A stretch of DNA of 32,000 nucleotides, taken from Dickeya solani IPO 2222. GTDB lineage: Bacteria > Pseudomonadota > Gammaproteobacteria > Enterobacterales > Enterobacteriaceae. The translations under genes were made by a program, and so were the position numbers. Below, one piece after another: positions 1-9,572 of the stretch; the stretch's first letter is position 1, and each line of letters starts with the position of its first letter. The notes beneath the pieces are model-generated. The model had not been told where the DNA came from. It made no database searches and saw only the letters and a list, made by a program, of their open reading frames with translations. The stretch covers positions 3,870,001-3,902,000 of the forward strand of contig NZ_CP015137.1 in NCBI RefSeq assembly GCF_001644705.1. The letters are read 5' to 3'.

Positions 1-1
1 C

Positions 2-355
2 AGCCCGGCCGTACAAACCATCATTCGGGACATCTGGGAAGCCGGCGGTATCGTTTCTGCCGTCTGCCACGGCCCCGCTGCTCTGGTGAACGCCACACTG
101 TCAGACGGCACCTACCTCGTTGCGGGCAAGAACGTCGCCGCCTTTACGGACGATGAAGAAGCCGCGGTCGGGTACAGCGCGGTGGTGCCTTATCTGCTGG
201 CGAGCACCCTTAAACAGCGCGGCGCGCTGCATCAGCCCGCGCCAGACTGGGCCGAAAACGTGGTAACGGATGGTCGGCTGGTAACCGGTCAAAATCCGGC
301 ATCGGCGCATGGCGTCGGCGTGGCGGTCGTCAACCAGCTCAAGGCAACAGTTTGA
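2..355 (+). CDS. DJ-1/PfpI (class I glutamine amidotransferase-like) family protein, 5' end cut by window edge
   Basis: The reading frame is open from the window edge in the same frame as track ORF 86..355. Translation includes AVCHGPAAL (nucleophile-elbow Cys-His typical of DJ-1/PfpI/Hsp31-like proteins) and the C-terminal LVTGQNPAS motif. Confidence 0.75.
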   Translation, partial: SPAVQTIIRDIWEAGGIVSAVCHGPAALVNATLSDGTYLVAGKNVAAFTDDEEAAVGYSAVVPYLLASTLKQRGALHQPAPDWAENVVTDGRLVTGQNPASAHGVGVAVVNQLKATV

Positions 356-399
356 CGGGGAATCTGTCGGGGAAGATGGCTGCCGGCAGGCCGCGATAA

Positions 400-1503
<1,104 letters not shown>

Positions 1504-1614
1504 CACAACACAAGCATGGTCGGCACGTTAGTAATAAACCGGACCTCAGCTGACCTTGTTTCGAGTTTGTAGGCCCGCCCGGCCTACAGGTCGCATCGCA
1601 TCAGGAGGGACACC

Positions 1615-2409
1615 ATGAAACGTATCGTATTGGCCGCAGCGGTCTCGCTCGTGCTGAGTGAGCCCGCGTTGGCGAAAGAGAGAACAGGAGGCACCAACAT
1701 GCCAGAAAGCGTATCGTCATTGTCGATTAGCGACATTCAATCCGTATCCCCGGCGCTTGCCCGCTACGCCCGCGAGGACGTGCTGGCGGACCTGTGGCAA
1801 AGACCACTGTTGTCGCCGCGCGACCGCAGTATTGTTACCGTCGCCACCCTGATTGCCCGCAACCAACCCGCCGAGCTCCGGCACTATGTTGGCGTGGCGC
1901 TCGATAACGGTGTGACCCCGGCCGAGATTTCCGAAATCATCACTCACCTGGCTTTCTACGCCGGCTGGCCGAATGCGATGTCTGCGATTGCCGTCACTAA
2001 GGATGTTTTCGCGGCGCGAGGCGTCACCGCCGGGCAGCTTCCCCCGGCGTCACCGCCGTTGCTGCCGCTCAATGAAGAGGCGGAGCAACTACGCGCTACC
2101 ACCGTCGAGAACAGCATCGGCACCGTCTCACCGGGATTGGTGAAATTCACGACCGATCCGCTGTTTCTCGATCTGTGGCTGCGGCCGGGGCTTGCCGCGC
2201 GGGATCGCAGTCTGGTGACCGTCACGTCGCTGATCGCATCGGGGCAGAGCGCACAGATCACCTACCATCTCAACCGCGCCATGGATAATGGTCTGACCGC
2301 TGAAGCGGCGGGGGAAGTCGTCGCACATGCGGCTTTCTATGCCGGCTGGCCGAATGCGTTTTCTGCATCGGCGGTGGTTGCAGACGTGCTGCGTAGTCGA
2401 GCGAAATAG
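1615..2409 (+). CDS. carboxymuconolactone decarboxylase (CMD/AhpD-like) family protein, two tandem CMD domains, signal-peptide-like N-terminus
   Basis: Two internal repeats end in HLAFYAGWPNAMSA and HAAFYAGWPNAFSA. AGGAGG (1603-1608) lies upstream of ATG 1615. The N-terminus MKRIVLAAAVSLVLSEPALA looks like a signal peptide. An alternative ATG at 1699 also has an AGGAGG. Confidence 0.85.
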   Translation: MKRIVLAAAVSLVLSEPALAKERTGGTNMPESVSSLSISDIQSVSPALARYAREDVLADLWQRPLLSPRDRSIVTVATLIARNQPAELRHYVGVALDNGVTPAEISEIITHLAFYAGWPNAMSAIAVTKDVFAARGVTAGQLPPASPPLLPLNEEAEQLRATTVENSIGTVSPGLVKFTTDPLFLDLWLRPGLAARDRSLVTVTSLIASGQSAQITYHLNRAMDNGLTAEAAGEVVAHAAFYAGWPNAFSASAVVADVLRSRAK

Positions 2410-2498
2410 CGCATCGCAACCTCACCCGAAGAGCACGGTGCGACCCACGCAGCCCGGACGGTGAGCGACGTTCAACTGAAGTAGGGGGGAATGCAACG

Positions 2499-3506
2499 AT
2501 GAAACTCGTGGCGATTGAAGAGCATGTTCTGCCGGGCGACATCAAACACGCCTGGACGACGATAACCGGTGCGGATGATGGGACTCTGGCCCTCAATCCC
2601 GCGGTCATCGATGAACGCCTCGCCGACCTCGGCGAGCAGCGGCTGGCATTGATGGACGAGACGGGCGTCGACGTACAGGTCTTGTCGCTAACCACGCCGG
2701 GCCTGAACAATCTCGGGGAGCACGGCGTCGAGCTGGCCCGGCGTGCCAATGACCTGCTGGCGAACACCGTTCGCGCCAACCCGAGCCGTTTCCAGTTTCT
2801 TGCCGCGCTGCCTTTTGCCAATGCTGAGACGGCGGCGAGCGAATTGCGCCGCGCTGTCACCGCACTGGGCGCCAGAGGCGCCATTCTGTACGGCCGGGTC
2901 GGGGATAAGCATCTGGATGATGAACTGTTCGAACCGACGTTTGCCTGCGCGGCCGAACTCAACGTCCCTGTGCTGATCCATCCGCAGATTCCGCAACCGT
3001 CGGTGCAAAAAGCCTACTACACCGGGTTTTCCCCGTCGGTTGATCTGGCTTTCGCTACCTTTGGTCTGGGCTGGCATTATGAAGCCGGCATTGAGTTTGT
3101 CCGGATGGTATTGGGCGGCGTGTTTGATCGCCACCCCAACCTTCAGGTCATTCTGGGGCACTGGGGGGAGGTGGTCATCTTCTACCTGGAGCGCCTGACC
3201 ATGCTGGATCGGGTGTCGAAACGGCAGAAGCCATTCCTTGACTATGTCCGTAACAACCTCTATCTGACCGCCAGCGGCATGTTCAGTGCGGACTACCTGC
3301 AACGCGCGATCGACGCTGTGGGCCCGGACCGCATTCTGTTCTCGACCGATTATCCCTACCAGTATCGGCCGGGAGGCGATGCGAGACGTTTCCTGAACGA
3401 ACTGGCGTTGGAGCCGGCGGACAAAGCCGGGCTTGCTCATCAGAACTGGGAACGGCTTTGTGCCCGGCGGCGGGGTGGGAATGAACCGACGGATTTGGTG
3501 CGTTAA
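2499..3506 (+). CDS. amidohydrolase_2 (ACMSD / gamma-resorcylate decarboxylase-like) family metal-dependent hydrolase/decarboxylase
   Basis: N-terminal AIEEHV metal-ligand motif, LIHPQ, ILGHWGE and C-terminal ILFSTDYPY. Overall collinear, from memory, with non-oxidative hydroxybenzoate decarboxylases. Confidence 0.85.
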   Translation: MKLVAIEEHVLPGDIKHAWTTITGADDGTLALNPAVIDERLADLGEQRLALMDETGVDVQVLSLTTPGLNNLGEHGVELARRANDLLANTVRANPSRFQFLAALPFANAETAASELRRAVTALGARGAILYGRVGDKHLDDELFEPTFACAAELNVPVLIHPQIPQPSVQKAYYTGFSPSVDLAFATFGLGWHYEAGIEFVRMVLGGVFDRHPNLQVILGHWGEVVIFYLERLTMLDRVSKRQKPFLDYVRNNLYLTASGMFSADYLQRAIDAVGPDRILFSTDYPYQYRPGGDARRFLNELALEPADKAGLAHQNWERLCARRRGGNEPTDLVR

Positions 3507-3696
3507 TAACGACGCCCTATCTTCAAGAGGGAATACGACGTCTGGCTACGGCTGCCATGATGTTGTTCCGAAGGACGGGGTATTTTTATGATAACCAATA
3601 AGATGCCGTGTTGCTGATTCACCGCTGAATTCGGATTAATATTGGCATCAGACCCTGTTGTCAGATGGCTTGATGCCAGATACTGATACCACGCTT

Positions 3697-4452
3697 TTAA
3701 TGCTGAACGGTTGTTTGGGTTGCATTAAAATATAAACCGCCTTTGTTCACCAGAATACGATTTTTTAATTCGGTTGTTTTTTCTTCCTGCACCATATTTT
3801 TCGTCATGTCTCTGTAGTAGTGAAAATGATGCGTTTGACGATGAAGCGCGTAGGCAGCATTGTTTTCATATATCTCGACAACGCGCCATTGCTCAGGAAA
3901 TCCTTTTACCGTTGCCGCATACATTGCCAGCGCACCGTTTTCCGTTTTGATGGTTGATGTCATTAAATCAAAAAACTTCTGGTGAAATTCACTATTGTAT
4001 TCCGCTTTGACGGTAAATTCGCTAAAGCGTATGACGGGCGTTTCTGCATACGTCGCCACCCTTATCGCAGACGGTTTTTCGGCAAAAAACTGGGCTTCAG
4101 TTTCTGTCAGTTTCCGGTGCTCAGTCAGCAGTTCCGGGGCTTTCATCAGGTAAGTTTTATAGGGTATTCCCGCAATATGTGCTTTATAGGCATTATCGTC
4201 AGCGTAAACCTCAAACAGATAGGCGATATCCGGGTTGTTTTGCGGGCTCGCCGCGTACATGGCCAGTGTACCCGCTTCTGAATTAATGGACGCGGTCAGG
4301 TTGGCAACACCAGCCTGGTTAAATTCATCCTGCTTTCCCGGTTTTAAGCCCAACTCAAATATACGCAGAAGAGGGGCGGCATAAACATAGGAGAAACATA
4401 TTGACGGTATTATCATCGTGAGGGCCATGACGTTATAAAAACGCGTTTTCAT
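3697..4452 (-). CDS. tandem antibiotic-biosynthesis-monooxygenase (ABM, dimeric alpha/beta barrel) domain protein with N-terminal signal peptide
   Basis: Two internal ABM-like halves (...EAGTLAMYAASP...FEVYADDNAYKAH... and ...ENGALAMYAATV...VEIYENNAAYALH...). The hydrophobic N-terminus ALTMIIPSICFSYVYA-AP resembles a Sec signal. The gene is AT-rich. Confidence 0.8.
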   Translation of the reverse strand: MKTRFYNVMALTMIIPSICFSYVYAAPLLRIFELGLKPGKQDEFNQAGVANLTASINSEAGTLAMYAASPQNNPDIAYLFEVYADDNAYKAHIAGIPYKTYLMKAPELLTEHRKLTETEAQFFAEKPSAIRVATYAETPVIRFSEFTVKAEYNSEFHQKFFDLMTSTIKTENGALAMYAATVKGFPEQWRVVEIYENNAAYALHRQTHHFHYYRDMTKNMVQEEKTTELKNRILVNKGGLYFNATQTTVQH

Positions 4453-4649
4453 AAGATTTATTCCTAAGTCATTGAACGCCCAGGCGTGTATTTAAACCTG
4501 GCGTGCGTTGTATCACGCTACCATCATGCGAGACGGATTCGCTAACACCGCAAAATAGTGTATTCCTGCTTTGATGCACGGTTGTTGGTATCAGCGATTA
4601 TCTCATGAGCGATAATAATCTGGAAGTAACGGGGAGGTTGATTCACCTG

Positions 4650-4717
4650 TAACGTCAGGTTGATGATTATTGCTATTGCTGTTCCGGATCATAGCCTGCC
4701 ATTGATAACGTCAGGTT
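4650..4717. promoter_or_regulatory. pair of identical 12 bp direct repeats (TAACGTCAGGTT) in the divergent ABM / SoxS-like intergenic region
   Basis: Exact copies at 4650-4661 and 4706-4717, 56 bp start to start. They sit between divergent genes, so they are candidate operator or activator sites. Confidence 0.3.
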
Positions 4718-4907
4718 AAGTATTTCTCAACCTTATGTGCCATTAAGTTTATGATGAAAATTGTTAAAATACCGCTCATCGGGTTGACGTTCTGATCGTC
4801 CTGGCCTTTTGTTGTTGGCACACAATAAGGCGTTGTGATTTCCGCCTTTCACGTGTTGGCGCTCTGGCGCCAATAAAAGGATATATTTTTATTCAGGAGT
4901 GCTTGTC

Positions 4908-5267
4908 ATGAAAAAAGAAATCATTGATGACTTAATTACATGGATAAATTCTGATTTGACACGCCCACTCAAAATCAAGGATGTAGCACGTAAAGCCGGA
5001 TATTCGAAATGGCATTTACAGCGAGTTTTTTACAATATAACAAACCAGAAATTGGGGAATTATATTCGTGAGCGTCGTCTGGCGCAGGCGGCGAACGATC
5101 TCAAATGCACAGACGACAGAATCATCGATATCTCGATGAAATATGGCTATGACTCGCAACAATCCTTTTCCCGGGTTTTTGTCAGGAGATACCAAATAAC
5201 CCCGTTGAGTTACCGAAGAATGGGGCGGACTGCGAATAATCAATGTATTAACGCCCATAACGTTTAA
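4908..5267 (+). CDS. small AraC/XylS-family activator of the MarA/SoxS/Rob type (two HTH, no sensor domain)
   Basis: Track ORF 4899..5267, trimmed to ATG 4908 with AGGAG at 4895-4899. The sequence KAGYSKWHLQRVF...YIRERRL...GYDSQQSFSRVF...TPLSYRR is collinear with SoxS/MarA. No soxR or marR lies adjacent. Confidence 0.85.
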   Translation: MKKEIIDDLITWINSDLTRPLKIKDVARKAGYSKWHLQRVFYNITNQKLGNYIRERRLAQAANDLKCTDDRIIDISMKYGYDSQQSFSRVFVRRYQITPLSYRRMGRTANNQCINAHNV

Positions 5268-5348
5268 AGGTTATAACCTGGCCAGGCCGCCCGCCATCTA
5301 ATCAGTAACCCGCATAAACCGGTTGAGACGCGGGGCTGGGTCTTCGGG

Positions 5349-6437
5349 TTAATCCGCGTGGACTGCGCTGGGCTGCGACGTAGTGGCCAGCGCTTGCCTT
5401 AGCGCCGCGCTATCCACCGCGAACGGCAGCCGGGCGGCGACATCGGCCGGGATCGTCACCTGTGCGGCAATGTCATCCCACTGGGATTCGTCGGTCAGGC
5501 CCAGCGTTTGCGGCGTTAACGGGCTGTCATAGCGGCGCAATTGCGCCAGTAGCTCCTGATTGTCGAACCCGTGGCGCGCTTCCAACTGCGCCTGTACGGC
5601 CAGACCAAACCCGACCTTTTCGCCATGCAACCAACGTTTGGATTCCGGTTGACGGGTCAGGCTGTTATGAATGGCGTGTGCGACGCCCAGTCGCGCGCGT
5701 TCATCCTTGACGCTGTTGGCGATACCGGCCAGCGCAATCACCGCGTCGATCACCCGGCGCAGCGCCGGCGTTACCCGTTGCTGCTGGTTATCCGCCAGCG
5801 CCTGCTCGCCGTGTGCATCAAACATGTCGACCGCCAGCCGGGCGATACGGGCTTTGATGTGCAACGACAGGGCATCGTCGCCGTGCCGCAGGTAGGGCAG
5901 AAATTCGTACCATTTGGCGAGCGCGTCGACAATACCGGCTTTCAGATAGCGTACCGGCGCGCGGGCAATCACCGTACTATCGACCAGCACCCACACCGGC
6001 AGACGGTTCAGACTGAGCCGCCCCAGATGCGTGCCGTCACGGGTATAGAGCACGCTAATGGGCGACCAGGCGGCGCAGGTGGCGGCGACGGTCGGCACGG
6101 CGATCATCGGCAACGCGTTTGACTGGTCGGCCACTGCTTTGGCGGTATCCAACACTTTGCCGCCGCCGACGCCGAGAATCAGCTCGGCGCGTTCGATGTG
6201 CGCCTGTTCGCGCAGCACCGCGATGCTCTCTTCGGTGCAATAGCCTTCCAGAAACAGCGTCCGGTAGTACAAACCATGCTGTCTGAAGCTGGCTTCCAGC
6301 GTGGCGGCGGTGTGTTGCCAGGCCGTCGGGCTGGTGATGATCAACACCCGTTTCGCCAGCGGTTGGATGTAATCCCCCACCCGGGCGAGCAGGCCATCCT
6401 GATTGAGGTAAGTGTCCGGAACTTGTATGGCGATCAT
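5349..6437 (-). CDS. iron-containing (group III) alcohol dehydrogenase family oxidoreductase, YbdH/HcxA-like
   Basis: GVGGGKVLDTAKA glycine-rich loop, AVPTVAATCAAWSP and His-rich metal region (AHAIHN...LHGEKV). Collinear from memory with E. coli YbdH, at the same 362 aa length. It is the last gene of the ABC transporter operon. Confidence 0.85.
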   Translation of the reverse strand: MIAIQVPDTYLNQDGLLARVGDYIQPLAKRVLIITSPTAWQHTAATLEASFRQHGLYYRTLFLEGYCTEESIAVLREQAHIERAELILGVGGGKVLDTAKAVADQSNALPMIAVPTVAATCAAWSPISVLYTRDGTHLGRLSLNRLPVWVLVDSTVIARAPVRYLKAGIVDALAKWYEFLPYLRHGDDALSLHIKARIARLAVDMFDAHGEQALADNQQQRVTPALRRVIDAVIALAGIANSVKDERARLGVAHAIHNSLTRQPESKRWLHGEKVGFGLAVQAQLEARHGFDNQELLAQLRRYDSPLTPQTLGLTDESQWDDIAAQVTIPADVAARLPFAVDSAALRQALATTSQPSAVHAD

Positions 6438-6470
6438 GCGCTTTTCTCCTGTCGGTTTTTTCTGAGCAGC

Positions 6471-7337
6471 CTAGCGCTGCATACCCCATTTTCGGACGGT
6501 CAGGCGCTCCAGCGTGGCGAAAATCAACCCTTCCACCAGTAACCCGATCAGGATCACCGAAGCCAGACCGGCGAACACGCGGTCGGTATACAGCTCGTTG
6601 CGGTTCTGAAAAATGTACCACCCCAGCCCGCCTTTGCCGCTGGAGGCGCCAAATACCAGTTCGGCGGCGATCAAGGTCCGCCAGGCGAAAGCCCAGCCGA
6701 TTTTCAGACCAGAAATAATGGCGGGTAACGCCGCCGGGATCAAAATGTAGGCGACATAGCGCCAGCCGGTCAGGCCATAGTTGCGCCCCGCCATGCGCAG
6801 GGTGTCGGAAACGCCGAGAAAACCGCTGTAGGCGTTGAGCGCCATTGGCCACATCACCGAATGCACCAGCACGAAAACCAGGCTTTTTTCACCGAGACCA
6901 AACCACAGCAGCGCCAGCGGCAGCAGGGCGATGGCGGGCAGCGGGTTAAGCATCGCGGTGAGCAGCGCCAGCAGGTCTCGCCCCAGTTGTACCGACACCG
7001 CCAGCGTACTGAGCAACAGCGCCAGCACGCTGCCGATGACGTATCCTTTGAGCAGCGTGCCGAGGGATACGGCTGTCTTCTGTGGCAGTTCGCCGCTCAG
7101 CCAATCCTGACAGAATGCCTGTAGTGTCTGGAGGACGCCGGGCAGCATCATGTCATTGTTCTGCCAGCGAGCGGCGGCTTCCCATAACGCCAGCAGCACC
7201 AGCACCAGTATCAGCCGACGCAGTACGGTATGCTGCGCCAGTCGGGTCAGCCACGGCAACGGTGCGGCCAGCGCCTCGGGCGGTAACGGCGTCAGTTCAC
7301 GCTGATACTCGGGTCTGACCGGGGGCAACGTATTCAT
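6471..7337 (-). CDS. ABC transporter permease, NitT/TauT (SsuC/TauC-like) family
   Basis: Multi-pass hydrophobic protein containing an EAA-like loop (MAGRNYGLTGWRYVAYILIPAALP). GAGG lies 6 nt upstream of the ATG. Its start overlaps the ATPase gene end by 41 nt. Confidence 0.9.
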   Translation of the reverse strand: MNTLPPVRPEYQRELTPLPPEALAAPLPWLTRLAQHTVLRRLILVLVLLALWEAAARWQNNDMMLPGVLQTLQAFCQDWLSGELPQKTAVSLGTLLKGYVIGSVLALLLSTLAVSVQLGRDLLALLTAMLNPLPAIALLPLALLWFGLGEKSLVFVLVHSVMWPMALNAYSGFLGVSDTLRMAGRNYGLTGWRYVAYILIPAALPAIISGLKIGWAFAWRTLIAAELVFGASSGKGGLGWYIFQNRNELYTDRVFAGLASVILIGLLVEGLIFATLERLTVRKWGMQR

Positions 7338-8148
7338 GAGGAACCTCGTGTGAAGCCGACGCGCCGCGAGGGGCCGGCGTCGGCGGGAATAACAGATCGT
7401 GGATGCGTCGGGCGGTGTGCTGGAAGGCGTCGCTGCCGGCGTCGTTCAGCGAAAACTGGTGGCTGTTGATTTCCGCCCGTACCCGGCCGGGATGGGGCGA
7501 TAACAGCAGAATCCGGCTACCGACCACCAGCGCTTCCTCAATCGAGTGGGTGACGAACAGCAGCGTGAAGCGCACCTCTTCCCACAGCGTGAGCAACTCT
7601 TCCTGTATCTTGCGGCGGGTGAGGGCGTCCAGTGCGGCGAAGGGCTCGTCCATCAGCAGGATTTTCGGCTGCATTGCCAGCGCGCGGGCGATGGCCACCC
7701 GCTGTTTCATACCGCCGGACAGCGTGTGCGGGTAGGCATCGGCGAATGTCGCCAGCCCGACCTTATCGAGAAAATGCAGCGCCCGTTCGCGCGCTTCTGA
7801 TGGTGGCAGTGTGCCGCTGGCGACCAGCGGGAACAGCGTGTTTTCCAGCACGGTTTTCCACGGCGGCAGTTGGTCGAACTCCTGAAACACCATCATACGG
7901 TCCGGTCCGGGGCGAGTGACCGGTTGGTTTTCCAACCGGATACTGCCGCCGGTCGGCGACAGAAACCCGCCGATCGCTTTCAGCAGGCTGGACTTACCGC
8001 AGCCAGACGGCCCCAGTAAAACGAAGCGTTCCGCCGGGAACACGTCAAAGCTGACGTCATGGGTCGCTTGTATCTGTGCGCGATGAGTGCGGTAACGCAG
8101 GTCAACGCCGTTGACCTGTAATAGCGGATGCAATGGATGAGCGGACAT
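7297..8148 (-). CDS. ABC transporter ATP-binding protein, NitT/TauT (SsuB/TauB-like) family
   Basis: Walker A GPSGCGKSS, signature LSGGMKQRVAIARAL, Walker B ILLMDEPF and H-loop VTHS. Confidence 0.92.
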   Translation of the reverse strand: MSAHPLHPLLQVNGVDLRYRTHRAQIQATHDVSFDVFPAERFVLLGPSGCGKSSLLKAIGGFLSPTGGSIRLENQPVTRPGPDRMMVFQEFDQLPPWKTVLENTLFPLVASGTLPPSEARERALHFLDKVGLATFADAYPHTLSGGMKQRVAIARALAMQPKILLMDEPFAALDALTRRKIQEELLTLWEEVRFTLLFVTHSIEEALVVGSRILLLSPHPGRVRAEINSHQFSLNDAGSDAFQHTARRIHDLLFPPTPAPRGASASHEVPHEYVAPGQTRVSA

Positions 8149-8170
8149 CGCAATCTCCTGTAGCCGGATA

Positions 8171-9298
8171 TTAACTGCCCGGCTGATCGTGGATTTCAGT
8201 GAAGAAGTAGTCTTTCCATGACGCCGCCTTGTTTTTCAGTACGCCAAGCTGGTGCAGTTTTTCGGCGTATACCGAGGTTCGCTGCGGCACGATGGTGAAG
8301 TTTACCTCCGGGTCTTCGACGATGCGTTTGACCAGCGGCAGCGGCAGGCGCGAATTTTCCACCCGGATATAGGTTTCCGCGGCGGCGGCCTTGTTGGCGT
8401 TGATAATGTCGGACGCTTCCTTCAGCGCGTCGTAAAAGGCGCGGTAGGTTTTCGGGTTTTCATCGTGGAATTTCTGCGTGGTGTAGAGCACGTTGAAGGT
8501 GCCCGGCCCGCCCAGCACGTCATAGGAACTCAGGATCTTGTGCACGTTCGGGTGCTCCAGCGCCTGATACTGGAACGGCGGGCTGGAGAAATGGGTGGTG
8601 ATTTCCGACCCGCCGGCGATCAGCGCGGCGTTGGCGTCCGGGTGCGGCAGGCTGACGGTGATGGTGTCGAAGCGTTTGTAGTCGCTATCGCCAAACAGTT
8701 TGGCGGTTTCAATTTGCAGCGTGCGTGACTGGAAACCGACGCCGGCGGCCGGGGTAGCGATACGGTCGCGATCGCTCAGGTCGCGCAGGGTTTTCACCGC
8801 CGGGTTATTGCTCAGCAGGTAATTCGGCATGGAGCCCAGCGAGGCGATAGCGCGCACATTCTGTTTGCCCAGCGTGCGGTCCCAGAGGGTCAGCATCGGC
8901 GGCACGCCGGCGGAGGCAACATCCAGCGCGCCGGACAGCAGCGCTTCGTTGATGACAGTGGCGCCGGACAGCGTACGCCAGTCGACCTTGATATCCAGTC
9001 CTTGTTGTTTGCCATGCTTTTCAATCAATTGCTGGTCACGCACCACGTCCAGAATCAGGTAGCCGATGCCAAACTGCTGGGCGATGCTGATGCTGCCTTC
9101 CGCCTGTGCTGCCAGCGGTGAAGCGCCCAGACCGAGTATCAGCGCGAGCAGCCAGCCGCGTGTGACACGGCTGGAGGAGGTACTCTGTCCCGGCGTGTTT
9201 TCAGTCCGGGTTATTTCTGCGAGCTGGTTTGTGTTTATGAATAGGTTTGTTTTTACAAATAGATTTGTTTTTACGAATTGCATTTCCACTGGTGCCAT
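8171..9298 (-). CDS. ABC transporter periplasmic substrate-binding protein, NMT1/SsuA/TauA-like; start codon uncertain
   Basis: Signal-like core WLLALILGLGASPLAAQA, followed by a domain typical of sulfonate/nitrate/taurine-type binding proteins. Possible starts are TTG 9322, ATG 9298 and ATG 9283. There is no in-frame start nearer the signal core. Confidence 0.82.
   Translation of the reverse strand: MAPVEMQFVKTNLFVKTNLFINTNQLAEITRTENTPGQSTSSSRVTRGWLLALILGLGASPLAAQAEGSISIAQQFGIGYLILDVVRDQQLIEKHGKQQGLDIKVDWRTLSGATVINEALLSGALDVASAGVPPMLTLWDRTLGKQNVRAIASLGSMPNYLLSNNPAVKTLRDLSDRDRIATPAAGVGFQSRTLQIETAKLFGDSDYKRFDTITVSLPHPDANAALIAGGSEITTHFSSPPFQYQALEHPNVHKILSSYDVLGGPGTFNVLYTTQKFHDENPKTYRAFYDALKEASDIINANKAAAAETYIRVENSRLPLPLVKRIVEDPEVNFTIVPQRTSVYAEKLHQLGVLKNKAASWKDYFFTEIHDQPGS
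9221..9274. repeat. 3 x 18 bp imperfect tandem repeat at the 5' end of the binding-protein ORF
   Basis: Plus-strand units are gagctggtttgtgtttat / gaataggtttgtttttac / aaatagatttgtttttac. On the minus strand they are in frame and encode FVKTNL-FVKTNL-FINTNQ. Confidence 0.85.
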
Positions 9299-9572
9299 CG
9301 GTATAGTCTCGCAGTTGGTCAATTATTTAATTAATAAAAGTCGGCAATCATTTGTCATTTCGAAAGAGATAGTTTTTGCATGCTATTTTTATAATTCCAG
9401 ACGACAAAGCTTATTTGGTAATAACTTATTAAAATTCTATTTATGGTTATTTTTGATGAAAATAGCCGATATTGTCATAAGCAATATTATTGCTATCGTT
9501 TCCCGTATTATTCACTTACCCCGATTTCAGCGAGGATTATAGTAAACCCCTTTCTGATTAACGGGGCGGATT

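Noticed and set aside
1568-1588. 8 bp-stem hairpin tgtaggcc-cgccc-ggcctaca between the AKR and CMD genes, considered as a terminator or REP-like element
   Set aside because: No T-run follows it, and the resemblance to REP tails (CCGGCCTAC) is too short to call. It may still affect mRNA stability.
6055-6852. 265 aa minus-strand ORF spanning the Fe-ADH/permease junction
   Set aside because: It is an alternative frame of two well-supported genes, with an Arg/Gly/Pro-rich nonsense-like composition.
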